Assembly: GCF_009914755.1 (NCBI RefSeq)
Contig: NC_060938.1
Strand: one strand, 5' to 3'
Source of the DNA: the human T2T-CHM13v2.0 reference genome, Homo sapiens
Length of the DNA stretch: 64,000 nt
The notes below the pieces were generated by a model. The model made no database searches, was not told the origin of the DNA, and saw nothing but the letters and a program-made list of their open reading frames with translations. A program made the position numbers and the translations under genes. Shown here one piece after another: positions 1 through 18,229 of this stretch (position 1 is its first letter; every line of letters begins with the position of its first letter).

Positions 1-208
1 AAACCAGAAAAAGACACATTAAAAAAGCAAACTACAGGCCCATATCTGAGAGTATTGATGCAAAAATTTGCAAAAAACCTAGCAAACTGAATTAAACAAC
101 ACATAAACAGGTAATTCATAATGACCAAGTGGGATTTATCCCAGGGATGCAAGGATGGTTCAACATGCAAATCAAACAATGTGATACATCACAAAAACAG
201 AATGAAGG

Positions 209-501
209 GGCCAGGCACAGTGGCTCACTCCTGTAATCCCAGCACTTTGGGAAGCTGGGGTGGGCAGATCACCCGATTTCAAGAGTTCTAAACCAGTATG
301 GCCAACATGGCAAAACCCTGTCTCTACTAAAGATACAAAAATTAACCAGGCACGGTGGTGGGTGCCTGTAATCCCAGCTACTCGGGAGGCTGAAGCAGGA
401 GAATCACTTGAACCCAGGAGACAGAGGTTTCAGTGAGCTGAGATCACGCCATTGCACTCCAGCCTGGGTGACAGAGGGAGACTTCATCTCAAAAAAAAAA
501 A
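209..501 (+). mobile_element. Alu (AluS-like)
   Basis: ggccaggcacagtggctcac start, dimer, poly(A). Confidence 0.95.
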
Positions 502-871
502 GGACAAAATCCATATAATCATTTCAATTATACTAAAAAAAATTGATAAAATTTAATATTCTTTAATAATAAAAAACCCTTTGAAAACTGGGTATGGAAT
601 GAACATACCTCAACATGATAAAAGTCATATATGAGAGACCCACAGCTAGTATCATACTAAGTGGGGAAAAACTAAAATCCTTTCCTCTAAAATCTGGAAG
701 ATGACAAGAATGTCCACTTTTACCACTGTTATTCAGCATAATTCTGAAAGTCCTATCTGGAGCAACCATACAAGAGAAAGCAATAAAAGGTATCCCAATT
801 GGAAAAGAAGTCAAATTGTCTTTTTTTGCCAATGATATAATCTTATATTGGCAAAAACATAAAGACTCCTC

Positions 872-3329
872 TGATAGGGTTTGAATGTGTGTCCCCTCCC
901 AAATCTCATATTTAAATGTAATTCTTAATGTTGGAGGTGGGCCTGGTGAAAGGTGATTTAATCATTGGGGTGGATTACTCATAAATGGCTTAGCACCATC
1001 CCATTTGGTACTATCCTCATAACAGTGAGTTCCTATAAGATCTGGTTATTTAAAAGTGTGTAACAACTTGTACCTCTGTTTTTCACTCCTGCTTTTTGCT
1101 GTGTGATGTGCAAGATTCTGCTTCAACTTCTGCCATGACTGTAAACTTCCACAGGCCACCCCAGAAGCATATGCCAGTGCTATGTCTTCTCTAAAGCCTG
1201 TAGAACCAGGAGCCACTTAAACCTCCTTTTTTAAAAATAAATTATCCTGTCCCACTCTTATAGTGATGCAAAAATAGCTTAATACTTAAAATTGGCACCA
1301 AGGAGTGGTAAATTGTTATAAAAATACTTGAAAGTGTGGAATCAGCTTTGTAATTGGGTAAATAGGCAGAGGTTGGAAGAGTTTGTAGGATTCAGAAGAA
1401 GACAGAAAAATGAGTGAAAGTTAAGATTTTCTTAGAGACTGGTTGAATGGCTGTGAGCAAAATGCTGATAGTGATTTGGACAGTGAAGTCTGGGCTGAAG
1501 AGGTCTCAGATGAAAATTAGAAACTAATTAGGACTGAAACAAAGGTCACACATGTTGTCTTAGCAAAGTGGTTGGCTGAATTTCTGTCATGCCCTAGGCA
1601 TATATAAAAGTTTGAATTTGAAATTGAAGATTTATGGTTTCTGTTGGAAAAATGTCTAAACAGCAAAGCATTTGAGATGTGGCCTGGCTGCTGCTTCTAA
1701 CAACCTATGCTCACGTGTTCTAGCAAAAACAAAAAAGGTTGCAACTTAAACTTACAAGGGAAGCATAGTGTAAAAGATGGAAAACTTTGCAGCCTAGTCA
1801 TGTGGCTGAAGAATAAAAAGTTTTTATAAGAGAGGAACTCAAGCAGGCTATGGAGCAACTAATTGTTAGAGATATTTGTATAACCTAAGAAAAAGCAAGT
1901 GTTGATAGCCAAGACAATGGGAAAGAGGAACTGAAGGCATTTTAGAAATCTAAAAGGCAGCCCCCCATCATAGGCCCTGAAGCCTAAAAGAAGAGAATAG
2001 TTTCTGGGATCAGGCCCAGGACCTGCTGCCTTGGGTAGATTTGGAACATGGCTCCCTGCATCCTGGCCACTACTTCAGCTCCAGGTGTAAGTCAAATTGA
2101 CTCAGTTACAACTCCAGTCACTGCTTCAGGGGATGCAAGCCATAGACTTGGTAGCTTCCATGAGGTGTTAGGCCTGTGGGTATACAAAATGCAAGAGTTG
2201 AGACTTGGGAGCCTCCATCTTTATTTCAAAGGATGTATGAAAAAGCCAGGGTGTGCAGGCAGAAGCATTCTGCAGGGGTGGAGCCTTCATGGAGAACCTC
2301 TACTAAAACAATGGAGAAAAGAAATGTGGGGTGACAGTCCCCAGGTAGGCTCCCCACTGGGGCATGGCCTAGGAGATCTGTGAGGAGAAGATCACTGTCC
2401 TCCAGACCCCATAATGGTAGATCTAGCTACAGCTTGCACCTTGCACCTGGAAAAGCCAGAGTCACACAATACCAGCCAGAGGTACACAATGCCAGCCCAT
2501 GAGAGTAGCTGTGGGGGCTGAACCATGCAAAGGCACAAAGTAGAACCTTCCCAAGACATTAGTGTGCCCTGAAAATGGGACACAGAGTCAAAAATAATTA
2601 TTTTGGAGCCTTACAATTCAATAACTGCACTTCTGGGTTTCAGACTTTCATGGGTCCTGCGGTCCATTTCTTTTGGCTGATTTCTTCCTTTTAGAATAGG
2701 ATTATTTACCCAATGCCTCTGTCTCATTTGTATCTTGGAAGTGCCTAACTTGTTTTCTATTTTACAGGCTTACAGGAGGAAGAAACTAGCTTTGTCTTAG
2801 ATGAGACTTTTGACTTTTGAGTTAAGGCTGAAATGAGTTAAGACTTTGGGGATTATTGGGAAGTCATGATTGTATTTTGAAATATGAGAAGGATATGAGA
2901 TTTGCAATGGCCAGGGGCAAAATGATATAGTTTGGGTCGGTGTTCCCACCAAAATCTTATATTGAAATGTAATCCTCAATATTGGAAGTGGGCCTAGTGG
3001 GGAGGTGATTCAATCATGACAGCAGGATTTCCAAGTACAGTTTGGCATCATTTCCTTTGGTGCCATTACCACAATAGTTAGCTTTCGTGAGAGCTGGTTA
3101 TCTACAAGTGTGTGTAGCACTTCCCCCCTGCCCTCACACTTACAATGTGATGTGTAAACACCGGATTTATTTTTCACCTTGTCAGTTGTCAGAGGCTTCC
3201 CCAGAAGCAGAAGCCAGTGCAATGCTTTCTGTACAACCTGTAGAGTCATGAGCCAATTAAACCTATTTTCTTTATAAATTAACTGGTCACTGATTATTTT
3301 TTATAGCAATGTGAGAATGGCCTAATACA
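872..3329 (+). mobile_element. Full-length MaLR element (MST-like): LTR 872-1286, internal 1287-2922, LTR 2923-3329
   Basis: Two homologous LTRs (tgatagggtttg.../tgatatagtttgg... ending taatac), MaLR-int body, 5-bp TSD tcctc/tccac splitting the L1 sequence. Confidence 0.9.
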
Positions 3330-3681
3330 TCCACCAAAAATCTATTAGCAGTAATAACTTGAGTAAATTTACAGAATACAAAATCAACTTATACAAATCA
3401 GTAGGATTTCTATATGCCAAGAGTCAACAAACTGAAAAAGAATTCAAAAATGTGATACTATCTGCAGTAGCCACAAATGAAACAAAACGTGTGGGAATTT
3501 ACCAAAGAAATAAAAGTTCTCAAAAATTGAAACTGTAAAACACCGATAAAAGAAATGAAACAGGACCCAAAAATTGGAAAGATATTTTTATGTTCACAGA
3601 TTGGAAGAATCAGTATTTTTAAAAATGTCCATACAATCCAAAGCAATCTATACATTTCATGCCATCTCTATCAAAATAACA

Positions 3682-3975
3682 GGCCAGGGGCAGTGGCTCA
3701 TGCCTGTAATCCCAGCACTTTGGGAGGCCGAGATGGGTGGATCATGAGGTCAGGAGTTCAAGACCAGCCTGGCCAACTTGGTGAAACCCCGTCTCTGCTA
3801 AAAATACAAAAAAATTAGCTGGGTGTGGTGGCGGGTGCCTATAATCCCAGCTACTCAGGAGTCTGAGGCAGAGAATTGCTTGAACCCAGGAGGCAGAGGT
3901 TGCAGTGAGCCAAAATCACATCACTGCACTCCAGTCTAGGTGACAGAGTGAGACACCAAAAAAAAAAAAAAAAAA
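3682..3975 (+). mobile_element. Alu (AluS-like)
   Basis: Canonical dimer with poly(A). Confidence 0.95.
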
Positions 3976-4636
3976 GACATTCCTTACAGAAATAGACAAA
4001 AAAATTCTGAAATGTATATGGAACCATCACAAAACACCATAATAGTCAAAGCTATGCTGAGTATATAAAACAAAACTAGAGGAATTCCATTACCTGGTTC
4101 TAAATTATACTACTAATTTATAGTAATTAAAACAGCATGACACTAGCATAAAAACAGACATAAAGACAAATAGAATGAAATAGAGACCTTAGAAACAAAC
4201 TCATACAGCTAAACTAAACTTACTTTCAACAAAAGTGCCAAGAAAAGTGTCAATAAAAAATAAGACAGGTTTTGTAATAAATAGGGCTGGGAAAACTGGC
4301 AAGCCATAGGTAGATGAATAAAACTAGAACCCTATTTCTTTCTACATACAAAAATCAAATTAAAATGAAATAAAGACTTAAACCTAACACCTCAAACTAT
4401 TAAATTTTTACAAGAAAACATTGGGGAAACTCTTTAGGGCATTGGTTTGGGCAAAATTTTCTTAAATAATGCCGCATAAGCACAGACAACCAAAAGAAAC
4501 ATGGACAAATGGGATTAAAGCAGGTCAGAAAGCCTTTTTAAAGTGAAGGAAACAATAAAAAAAAGCGAAGAGAAAATCCACAGAACGAGAGAAAATATTT
4601 GTAAATTATCCATCTGAAAAACAATTAATAGCTACC

Positions 4637-5327
4637 TGATATGATTAGGCTTTGTGTCCCCACCCAAATCTCATACTGAATTGTAATCCCCAGATGTTGA
4701 GGGAGAGACCTGGTAGAAGGCGATTGGATCATGGGGGTGGTTTCCCCCATGCTGTTCTTCTGATAATGAGTGAGTTCTCATGAGATCTGATGGTTATATA
4801 AGGGACTCTTCCCCCTTTGCTTCACATACATGCTCTCGCCTGCTGCCATATAAGAGGTGCCTGCTTCCCCATCTGCCATGATTGTGAGTTTCCTGAGGCC
4901 TCCCCAGCCATTGGAACTGTGAGTTAATTAAACCCATTTCCTTTATAAATTATTCAGTCTTGCCAGGTGCGGTGGCTCACGCCTGTAATCTCACCATTTT
5001 CGGAGGCCGAGGCAGGTGGATCATGAGGTCAGGAGTTCAAGACCAGCCTGGCCAAGATGGTGAAACCCCGTCTCTACTAAAAATACAAAAATTAGCCAGG
5101 CATGGTGGCAAAAAATTAGCTGGGTGTGCTGGCAGTTGCCTGCAATACCAGCTACTCAGGAGGCTGAGGCAGAGAATGACTTGAACAAGGAAGTGGAGGT
5201 TGCAATGAGCCGAGATTGCACCACTGCACTCCAGCCTGGGCAACAGATCAAGACTTCATCTCAATAAATAAATAGATAGCCCAGTCTCGGGTATGTTTTT
5301 ATAGCAATGCAGAAACAGACGAATACA
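4637..5327 (+). mobile_element. Solo MaLR LTR (THE1-like) interrupted by an Alu
   Basis: tgatatgattaggctttgtgtccccacccaaatctc start and gaataca end. Confidence 0.88.
4962..5275 (+). mobile_element. Alu nested in THE1 LTR
   Basis: Alu dimer with small internal duplication of aaaattagc; cagtct on both flanks. Confidence 0.93.
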
Positions 5328-6365
5328 CTATAATATATTGAGTTCAAAAAGTTCTACAGAAAAAATGTAATAATCCAATTAAAGAGTGGACAAAAAATTT
5401 AAATAGACATTTATGAAAAGAAGACATTCAAATGTCAAACAGGCAAATGAAAAGATGCTCCACATTACTGATCATCATAGAAATGCAAATCAAACCCAAA
5501 ATGAGATATCATTTCACCCTAGTTAAGGTTGTTTTTATCCAGAAGTCAGTCAAAAACAAATGCTGGTGAGTATGTGGAGTGAAGGGAACACTTGTACACT
5601 GTTGTTGGGAGCACAGTTAAGAACAGTTTGGATGTTCCTGATATAACTATAAATAGAGCTACTATATGGTCTAGCAATCCCACTGCTCAGTATATGCCTA
5701 AAAGAAATAAAATTGGTAAATCAAAGACATATTGGCACTCTCATGTTTGCTACAGTAGGGTTTATAATAGCCAAGATTTGGAAGGAACCTAAATGTCCAT
5801 CAACAGATGATGGGATAGAGAAAATGTGGTACATATACAGAATGGAGTACTACTCAGCTGTAAGAAAGAATGACAGTATGCCATTTGCAATAACATAAAT
5901 GGAACTGAAAGTCTTTATGTTAAGTGAAATAAGTCAGGCACAGAAAGACAAATGTGACATGTTCTCACTTATTTGTGGGTGCTAAAATTCAAAACAATAG
6001 GTGTCATAGAGATAGAGAGTATAAGGATGGTTACCAGAGGCTGGGAAGGGCAGTGAGGGAAGGGGGGATAGTGGGGATGCTAAATGGGTTAAAAAAATTG
6101 TTAGAAAGAAAGGATAAGACAGTATTTGATAGCACAACAGGGTGATTATAGTCAAAAATAATTTATACATTTAGAAAAACTAAAATAGTATAATTGGATT
6201 GTTTATAACACAAGCTATAAATGCTTGAGGGATGGATACACCATTTTTTATTATGTATTACTCATTGCATGACTACATCAAAGTATGTCATGTACCCCCA
6301 TAAATATATACACCAACTATGTACCCACAGAAATAATTTAAAGATTGAAATTAAAATTAAAAGCA

Positions 6366-6500
6366 AAGGGAGGAGAGTATAATGAGGCATGTGTGACCCA
6401 TGGCTTGACCTAGCTTTTCAGGTTAACTTTGGAATGTCCTTATCCAAGAAGAGGGGTTCATTTAGTCAATAGGGGCTTAAAGATTTATTTTTAGTTTATA
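6366..6500 (-). mobile_element. ERV1-class (MER4-group-like) LTR fragment
   Basis: gggaggagagtataatgaggcatgt...ggggcttaaagatttatttttagtttata resembles the reverse complement of a MER4-group LTR start. Confidence 0.5.
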
Positions 6501-6823
6501 AGTGGAAAAAAGAAGGATTTTTAATCCTGAGCCATAGCTCTCAGTCAATCAATCCCTGCAGGGAACCCTGTTCTTTACTCTGGAGATAAACACTAGTTTT
6601 CTTTTCCACTGAATAACAACACATTTCAAGACGAGGGGAAACATCTTAAAACTAAGAGGTACAGCCTTATTAAATTTGATTTGGTTTCAATTGTAGTTAA
6701 TTTAATCACATGCATTCTAGAGTTTGTCCTCAGTCTTCTCCTACTTTAGGCCCATGATCTGTTGAATTTGCTCAGCTCCCTGCTCAACAGCAGGAAATCA
6801 GAATTATTTTAAAACCTCATTGT

Positions 6824-7119
6824 GGCTGGGAGCGGTGGCTCATGCCTGTAATCCCAGCAATTTGAGAGGCCAAGGTGGGCAGATTGCTTGTTTTCAGGGG
6901 TTTGAGACCACCCAGCCAACGGAGTGAAACCCAGTCTCTACTAAAGTTACAAAAATTAGCTGGGTGTCATGATGCATGCCTGTAATCCCAGCTACTTGGG
7001 AGGCTGAGGAAGGAGAATTGTTTGAACCCGGGAGGTGGAGGTTTCAGTGAGCCAAGATGGTGCACTGCACTCCAGCCTGGATGACAGAGCAAGAGTCTGT
7101 CTCAAAACAATAAAAATAA

Positions 7120-7166
<47 letters not shown>

Positions 7167-7171
7167 AAATA
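6824..7171 (+). mobile_element. Alu with (AAAT)n tail
   Basis: Alu dimer; TSD aaaacctcattgtg/aaaatctcattgtg. Confidence 0.95.
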
Positions 7172-7389
7172 AAAATCTCATTGTGTTTCAAACAAAATTT
7201 CTTTTGAATATCAACTGTATCAACTTGCACATTAACTATCACTTTGTTTACTTTATATCCAATCTTGAGAAATCTTTGAGGACTAATTTCACTCTTTTCT
7301 GCCATTTTGGTAAACATAACAATTTCCATCAAACAAAATGCACAAAATTCCTAAGAAATACATTTTCCCCTTGAGGAGTAGACTTGCTG

Positions 7390-7951
7390 TGTTAGAGGGA
7401 CTTAAGGCTACCAACCTTCTAGTTTAACAAACATGACCAGAATACTCTATCTTAATATGAGTAGCTAGGTAATCACAAGGCATCTAGAAGGTTAATACTC
7501 ATGATCTGAAAATAGCCACATTTTTTAGCTGGCCACAAATTACAATTGCAGAATATTTGTGGCCATACAAGACATATTCCACCAAACCTGAAAAATGTAT
7601 ACATGTCCTAGGAGTGCAGCATTTTTTGTAAGGATAATATTAATGAGCTAGCTTAGGTCAATGGGTTAAAGGTCATTGTTAAAACCAATAGCTCTGACTT
7701 TAGTGAGTACATCTGCAGCTCCCAAGTTGAATTATAACTCTTTCTCTTTATAGTTACTTATAAGTAGAGATACTAACAAAAGACAATGCATTCCTGCTCT
7801 TGTTTTCTGAGGATGTCCAACTCTGTAATGGAGTTATTTCTAATAAACTTGCTTCTTTCACTTTGCTTTCTGAATCACCTCAAATTTTTTCTGCATAAGA
7901 TGTAAGAATCCTACTTTGTGGTCTGTATCAGGACCCTCTTTTCCAGCAATA
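7390..7951 (+). mobile_element. ERV1-class 5' LTR
   Basis: tgttag start, aataaacttgcttctttcac poly(A) region, U5-like ggtctgtatcaggaccctcttttccagcaa end followed by a PBS-like remnant. Confidence 0.65.
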
Positions 7952-10900
7952 TCTTTCAGCAATACCATGAAGGGGCACCAAGACAAGACCCCCACTCCAA
8001 GGAAAACAATCAATCAGCTGGCAAGTGGGCCGTCTTTTAGAGTCGTGAAGCCATTCAGGTGGTCAAGAACGATTATCCACGATTATTTAAGTGAGAGACC
8101 CTAGGGCATAATGTTAGGGTGAGACACTCAGCCCCAAAAGTTAGAGGCCCAGGGGCATCGTACACAGATTAAAGGCCAAGCTCACAGGGTTAGAAGCCCT
8201 GGGGAATACTGAGAAGAATGGGTTTGGCTAAACAAGATGTTTGCCACTTTCTCTTTTTGGACTGTCCACCTTGCGCTCTCTGTCCCTCACTTGAGTGCTC
8301 TGCATCTTGTCACCTTTCTGCTCACAGCCTCTGTTTTGTAGTAGCCTGGAGGCAGCCCCAGGAAAGAGGCCCCAAACAGTTTAGCTTTTACTTTCCTCAA
8401 CTATCCTCTGACTTTTATCTGATTGCTTGTTTAATTTGCCACTGGTCCAAGTGACACTGAAAAAAGAGAGATGTCTTGGAACCTAGTATTTTTGTACCTT
8501 AATTATCAGAAAAGATCAGCAGTAACCTCGCCATCATTCTGACTAGAAGTTGAAATGTGCTATTTAAGAGCCCTACATGATAAGATCAGATATGCCTGTT
8601 TAGTGACAGCCTCTTTTATGACAACCCTCTGCAAACAATTAGCCTCAAGATGGAGAACATGATACTTTTTCTTAACAGTTTTTTTCTCATTTCTTAACCA
8701 TAAGGTCATTTTGATGAGCTGGTATAGGGCAGCTGGACCCTACTTTCTAAACCCAGCATGTCACTTTTTTCCTGAGAGAGTTTTGTCAGTTTTGTCATAG
8801 CAGTGTGAAAATGGACTAATACATTATAATATACAAGTTACAGCCTTCCCATTTCCCCTGTTCGATCTGACTCCTATTTTGCAGCTTAATTTGTTTTATA
8901 GAAGAGAAACTAAGTGGGAGGAAATATATTATATACAGGCTTCTCTGATGTTTGGTCAGGATAAAAAATTAAAATGGGCTTCTATATGTTTGATGGAGGA
9001 AAAGACAAAATAGGGATGGCACATAATTGATTACTCTTTTAATGCAAGTGCCTCTTAATATCAGGCTTTTCTTGGCTGTGTCTGAACTCCCCCTGCCAGT
9101 CCAAGCACCCCATAAGAACACAGTCAGACTCCTTCCAGTTCTGGTGAGGTGTGCAACACGTTATTAATTTCTTCTAGTTTTCCAGGGTTATCTAGTGTTT
9201 GGTCATCCTCTTCTCCCTGCCCTTCGAGTCCTGTCTTACATACACACCCCACTCTCAAAACACCCGAGCTTCACCGGAACAACACGCAGTGGGGCCTCTT
9301 AGCAGCTGGCAAAGTTGAATGTTTGCCCTCTCTGGGAAGCGACAGATGATAATAAGGACACTATATAGGTATATGTACCCTTTTCTATGTCTGAATTAGC
9401 CATATGCAAGGAAAAACTAAAACAATTTTCAGAGGTTCTGGAAAAATTCATAGACAAATTTAAGAGGCTAAACTTGATGTATAATCTGACCAGGCAGGAT
9501 TTGCATATATTTATGTTTACCTGCTACATGGTAGAAAGGCAGTGCATTATGGGAGTGGCTAGAGTACATGCTAATAGGGTGGCAGCCTGCAACCAGGGAC
9601 GTGACACCTATCAAATAGGAGGCACACCAGTGCCTGACCAGGACCCAAAAGAGAACTAGAATCTAGAAAAGACAAATGAATTAGGAAGAAAGTAGGATAT
9701 AGAGAGAAAAAATTACGATCATTTGACCCCTTGAAGGAATTAAAAAAAAGTGTGATAAAGGTTTCTAATTTTTATAAAGTCTCGAAAATTACTCAGGGAA
9801 AAGATGAAAACCTAGCCTTATTAAAAGGGTGGATAATTTAGACTTTGAGGAAATACACCAACACTGACCCTGACCCCAAGAAGGGACAGGCATTGCTAGC
9901 AGTTTATTTTACAGACCAGTCTGCTTCTGATATCTGAAAGAAGACACCAAAAGCAGCCTTAGGCTTCCAGACTCCCATAGATCAGATTTTAGACTTGGAT
10001 TTTGCAGTTTTCCATCACAGGAATAGGACAGAGAAACATAAAATTAAGCAAATCTCCCAAGAGGCCCAGCTTCTAGCTGCAGCCTTGTGCTCTCCACCAC
10101 TTCAGAGGCAGCCCCTGAACCCCGGCCCTCACAGAGGATATGAGAAGGTGAAAGTCCCACTCTGTGCCTCTGAGCCACTGTGCCTTGGATACAAATCAAT
10201 GTGCCTTCTGTAAGAAGGTCAGCCACTGCTGAAGGAAATGCAGTGGGCTTCCAAGGGAGCCATCATCAGAGCCCAGCAGACTCAAAAGTGATAGGGCCTG
10301 ATACTTCCTACCTCTTCTCCCATTGGACTATTAGCTATTGAGAGATGGAGGAGACTCAGGTGACTCTTGAAGTGGCAGATAGGATTATTAACTTCGTATT
10401 AGGTATGGGAGCACATGACTCTGTCATGATTCAGTACAATGGGCTCCTGTCTTCTCATGATGGACAAGCCCCAAAACACAGCTTATCATATCTTCTAAGT
10501 TGTCCTCCAGGGCCTCTGGGCTTCTCATCTGCCTTTTTAGTACTGTCTGAATGCCTGACCTCTTACTGGGGAGAGGTTTATTGACTCAGTAGACCAAGTC
10601 ATGGTCAACTTCACAGATCATAAAGCATAGAAAGTTTTACTTTTGTTCCTGACCCCTCAGGGGAAGTTAAGAATGAGCTGTGACATTTACCACCTGAGGT
10701 GTTGTCTCAAGTAAATCTTGAGTTTTGGGCCACACAGGCTCTGGGAAATGCACTAAAAACCTCCCTCATTCAAATACAACTTCAGCCTAGTTCTCACCCT
10801 CAGAAGAGACAATATATATTAAGGCAAGAAGCATGAGGGGAAATTCAACTCCTTATTGCCAAATTCTTGCCATATGAGTTATGGAGGTCATGAGAGTCTC

Positions 10901-11060
10901 CTTACAATACTCGCATGTTACCAGCTAAAAAGGCTAATGGCAAGTACAGATTTTTCAGAACCCTTAGAACATTAAGAAATGTAGTTGTCTCCATACACCT
11001 CATTGTCCCCCATATTTACCAAGTCCCAGGGGATGCAAGCTGGTTTAAATTCCTAAATCT
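7952..11060 (+). mobile_element. Defective gammaretrovirus-like ERV internal region (gag-pro-pol fragments)
   Basis: Gag p30-like ORF 9387-9659; MHR ITQGKDENLA near 9790; zinc knuckle QCAFCKKVSHC*RKC near 10195-10240; protease VTLEVADRIINFVLGMGA (DTG degenerate) 10345-10430; RT SPYNT..PAKKANGKYR near 10900-10950; many stops. Confidence 0.88.
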
Positions 11061-14547
<3,487 letters not shown>

Positions 14548-16100
14548 AGAACCTGTCTGGGTATATTCTCTACCTCTGGAGACCCCTGATTGTTTACCTC
14601 TTTGGGTGAGAGTCGGCTTAGGATCTCAATATTCTTGTAGGACTTCAGAACTGTACAGGCAGGGGCCCAGGAAGGAGCAGGGGCTGGGACTGGCAGCTAA
14701 CCAGTGTAGTGGGGGTTGTAGAGCTCAGTTTGGTCTTGCAGGGAATACAGGAAGACTTGGATTTGCTGAAGTTCTAGACGAGCTTGGGCTTGGATATGGA
14801 AACAGCATGGAGTCGGGGCCCTTCTGCATGCTGGAGTCTGAGTAGTTGCACCCTGGTGCATCCATAGGTGCTCCCCACCTGGAACACATCTGTGGATAGA
14901 AGCCAGGAGAGCTGTGGAGGGAAGAGGAAGAGGAGGAGGGAGCCTCAGGGCAGCCCTAGCAACCAGGCAGGGCCTCTGCAAGTGAGATGCAGATCCAGCC
15001 TGTTGGCCACTTAGCAGCTGCTTGGCCGGCTGCAGATCACCTGACCTCTGCTAACCAGTAAATGGGGGTTGCAGTAGCACTTACCTTCTGAGATCTCTGT
15101 AGCATGAAGGGGCAGCAAACACCACGTGCTGAGAAAGCGCCGAACTCAGGCAAGCTTTTCCAAGAGCAGCATATCAGATTAACATCCAACCTGTACAGGA
15201 CATCATCAAATCTCCCCACCCCTCATTCCAATGGAAGAAAAGGGAGTCTCTGTCCTTGAGGAGCAAGCACAGGCTTACCTATGCAGTGGGCACATGGCCC
15301 AGGTTGGGAAAAAGCCCTTGGATACATGCCGGTTTCACCAACCATCTGTGGGTTGGGTTTGGCCTGGACCCCTGCACCCCAGGAGGCCAGCAGCCCCCTG
15401 TGTACCCCAGGAGGCCAGAAGCCCCCTGCATGGGAGAGGACTGGGAGGTGGGTGGGAGGGCTGAGCTTTGAGGGGAGCCATTATTTGGCCTCATGGGAAG
15501 TGGTGCAGGTGGCTGTTGGTGGCTCAGCTTTGCAGGACCTTGGTGATCACCCAAGGAGTGAAAATTGCCTTTTTATGATAAGTTGCCAAAACTGATGCAA
15601 GTTCATCAGTTGAAAAGGTGATTAATGCTGATGGTTGGCTTCACCTGCCCCTTCCCCACAAGTAACTTGTGTTCATAGGTGGATTTGCTTCCTTCCCAGC
15701 CTTTCCCCTTTGCATGTAGCTGTGTGCATATACTTTTGGGTGTACACACACACATGATCCCTGGAGGGGTTACTTTTATTTTTTTATTTGGGGGGATAAT
15801 TAGTGAGGCAGCCTGACACTTGCTGATCTTGTCTTTTAAGTGTGGAGTCCTCTATGGAGTGGGTTGGATACTTACTAGCTGGCCTCTGCCAGCTGTTTGG
15901 CTGCCTCAGTTTCTGCCCTTCACAGACATGCTGGCCACATGGTGTGACATTCAGTGGCCTTGTTTGCAGCTAGTATGATGAGACAAGTGGATCAGGTACA
16001 TTATAAACTGAAAAAGCACACAACATGCAGAGGGAAAGGATAAATGACCATGTGTATCCTGCTCTGCTAAAGTCCACATCACATGACTGAGATGACGAAC

Positions 16101-17203
<1,103 letters not shown>

Positions 17204-18137
17204 TGAGAAATGGCATCTATGTTTTACTTTTTATTTATAACAGAGTTAGAAGAAATACTACCAGGCTTTCTTTTCCATTTTCCCCAACTCCCACTTTACC
17301 CCCTCAAGTTTACCTACCTCATAGAGAAAGCGGAGCTCGCCTGGTTAACGAGAGCCTGAAATTATTTGAACCAGGTCACTGTGTAAAGGTCAGACTGCTT
17401 CCGTCTCCTCGTGCATCACTTGCGCAACTCAGATATTTCATGGCTCCCTGTATACAGGTAGATGTGTTGCCCTCCTAGCTGCTTTCTTGGTTTGATACAT
17501 GCCTGGGAGCATGTGGGAGCACTTAAGGTCTGGGGTCATGGGAGGACTGTTCTGCCCACCCCAGCTCATCTCTCCAGCTCAGCCTGCATGCATGCCTTCC
17601 TCCATCTGATTCCAGAGTGGGGGATGGGAGGTCTCACATTGACCTCAAGTTTATGTGACTTTTTCCACCTCAGCATTCCCAGACAGCCCCTGCTGTGGGA
17701 CTTGTAAGGAGATTTGTGAAGTCAGTATCTACTTTTCTTGTGTGGGTGTTTATAAATTATTCTCCTGGAGGGGAACAAATGTTAGAGGTACTCCAAACCC
17801 CTAACATATAAACATCTAAGCCTGGCCCTCTTTTGGTGGTAAAATATATATAACATAAAACTTACAATTTTAACCATGTTTAAATGTATAGTTCTGTGGC
17901 ATCCAGTATATTCAGTGTTGTCCAACCGTCTAATTTATCTAATTTATCCATATCTACAACTTCTTTATCATCCTAAAATGAAACACCATACCCATGAGGA
18001 AGTCACTGAATAGAAGACTGATGTATTTGACTCCATAAAAATTAAAACTTTGTATGAGAGAAAAATGCCTCAACGTCAAAAGTCAACAGACTGGGGAAAT
18101 AGATCTGCAACATACATGACAGACAAAAAGCTAATTT

Positions 18138-18140
<3 letters not shown>

Positions 18141-18182
<42 letters not shown>
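18141..18182. repeat. (AT)n microsatellite
   Basis: About 21 perfect AT units. Confidence 0.98.
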
Positions 18183-18185
<3 letters not shown>

Positions 18186-18229
18186 AATATCCGTTTTAAA
18201 CACCATTTAAAAAAATATCGTTAAATAGT

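Larger units (their letters stand above)
1..6362 (+). mobile_element. Old LINE-1 (L1MA-like) ORF2 to 3' end, interrupted by Alus and MaLR elements
   Basis: Degenerate ORF2 motifs (gaccaagtgggatttatcccagggatgcaaggatggttcaac; IAKIWKEPKCPS in ORF 5713-5898); L1MA-type 3' UTR and A-rich end near 6330-6362. Confidence 0.85.
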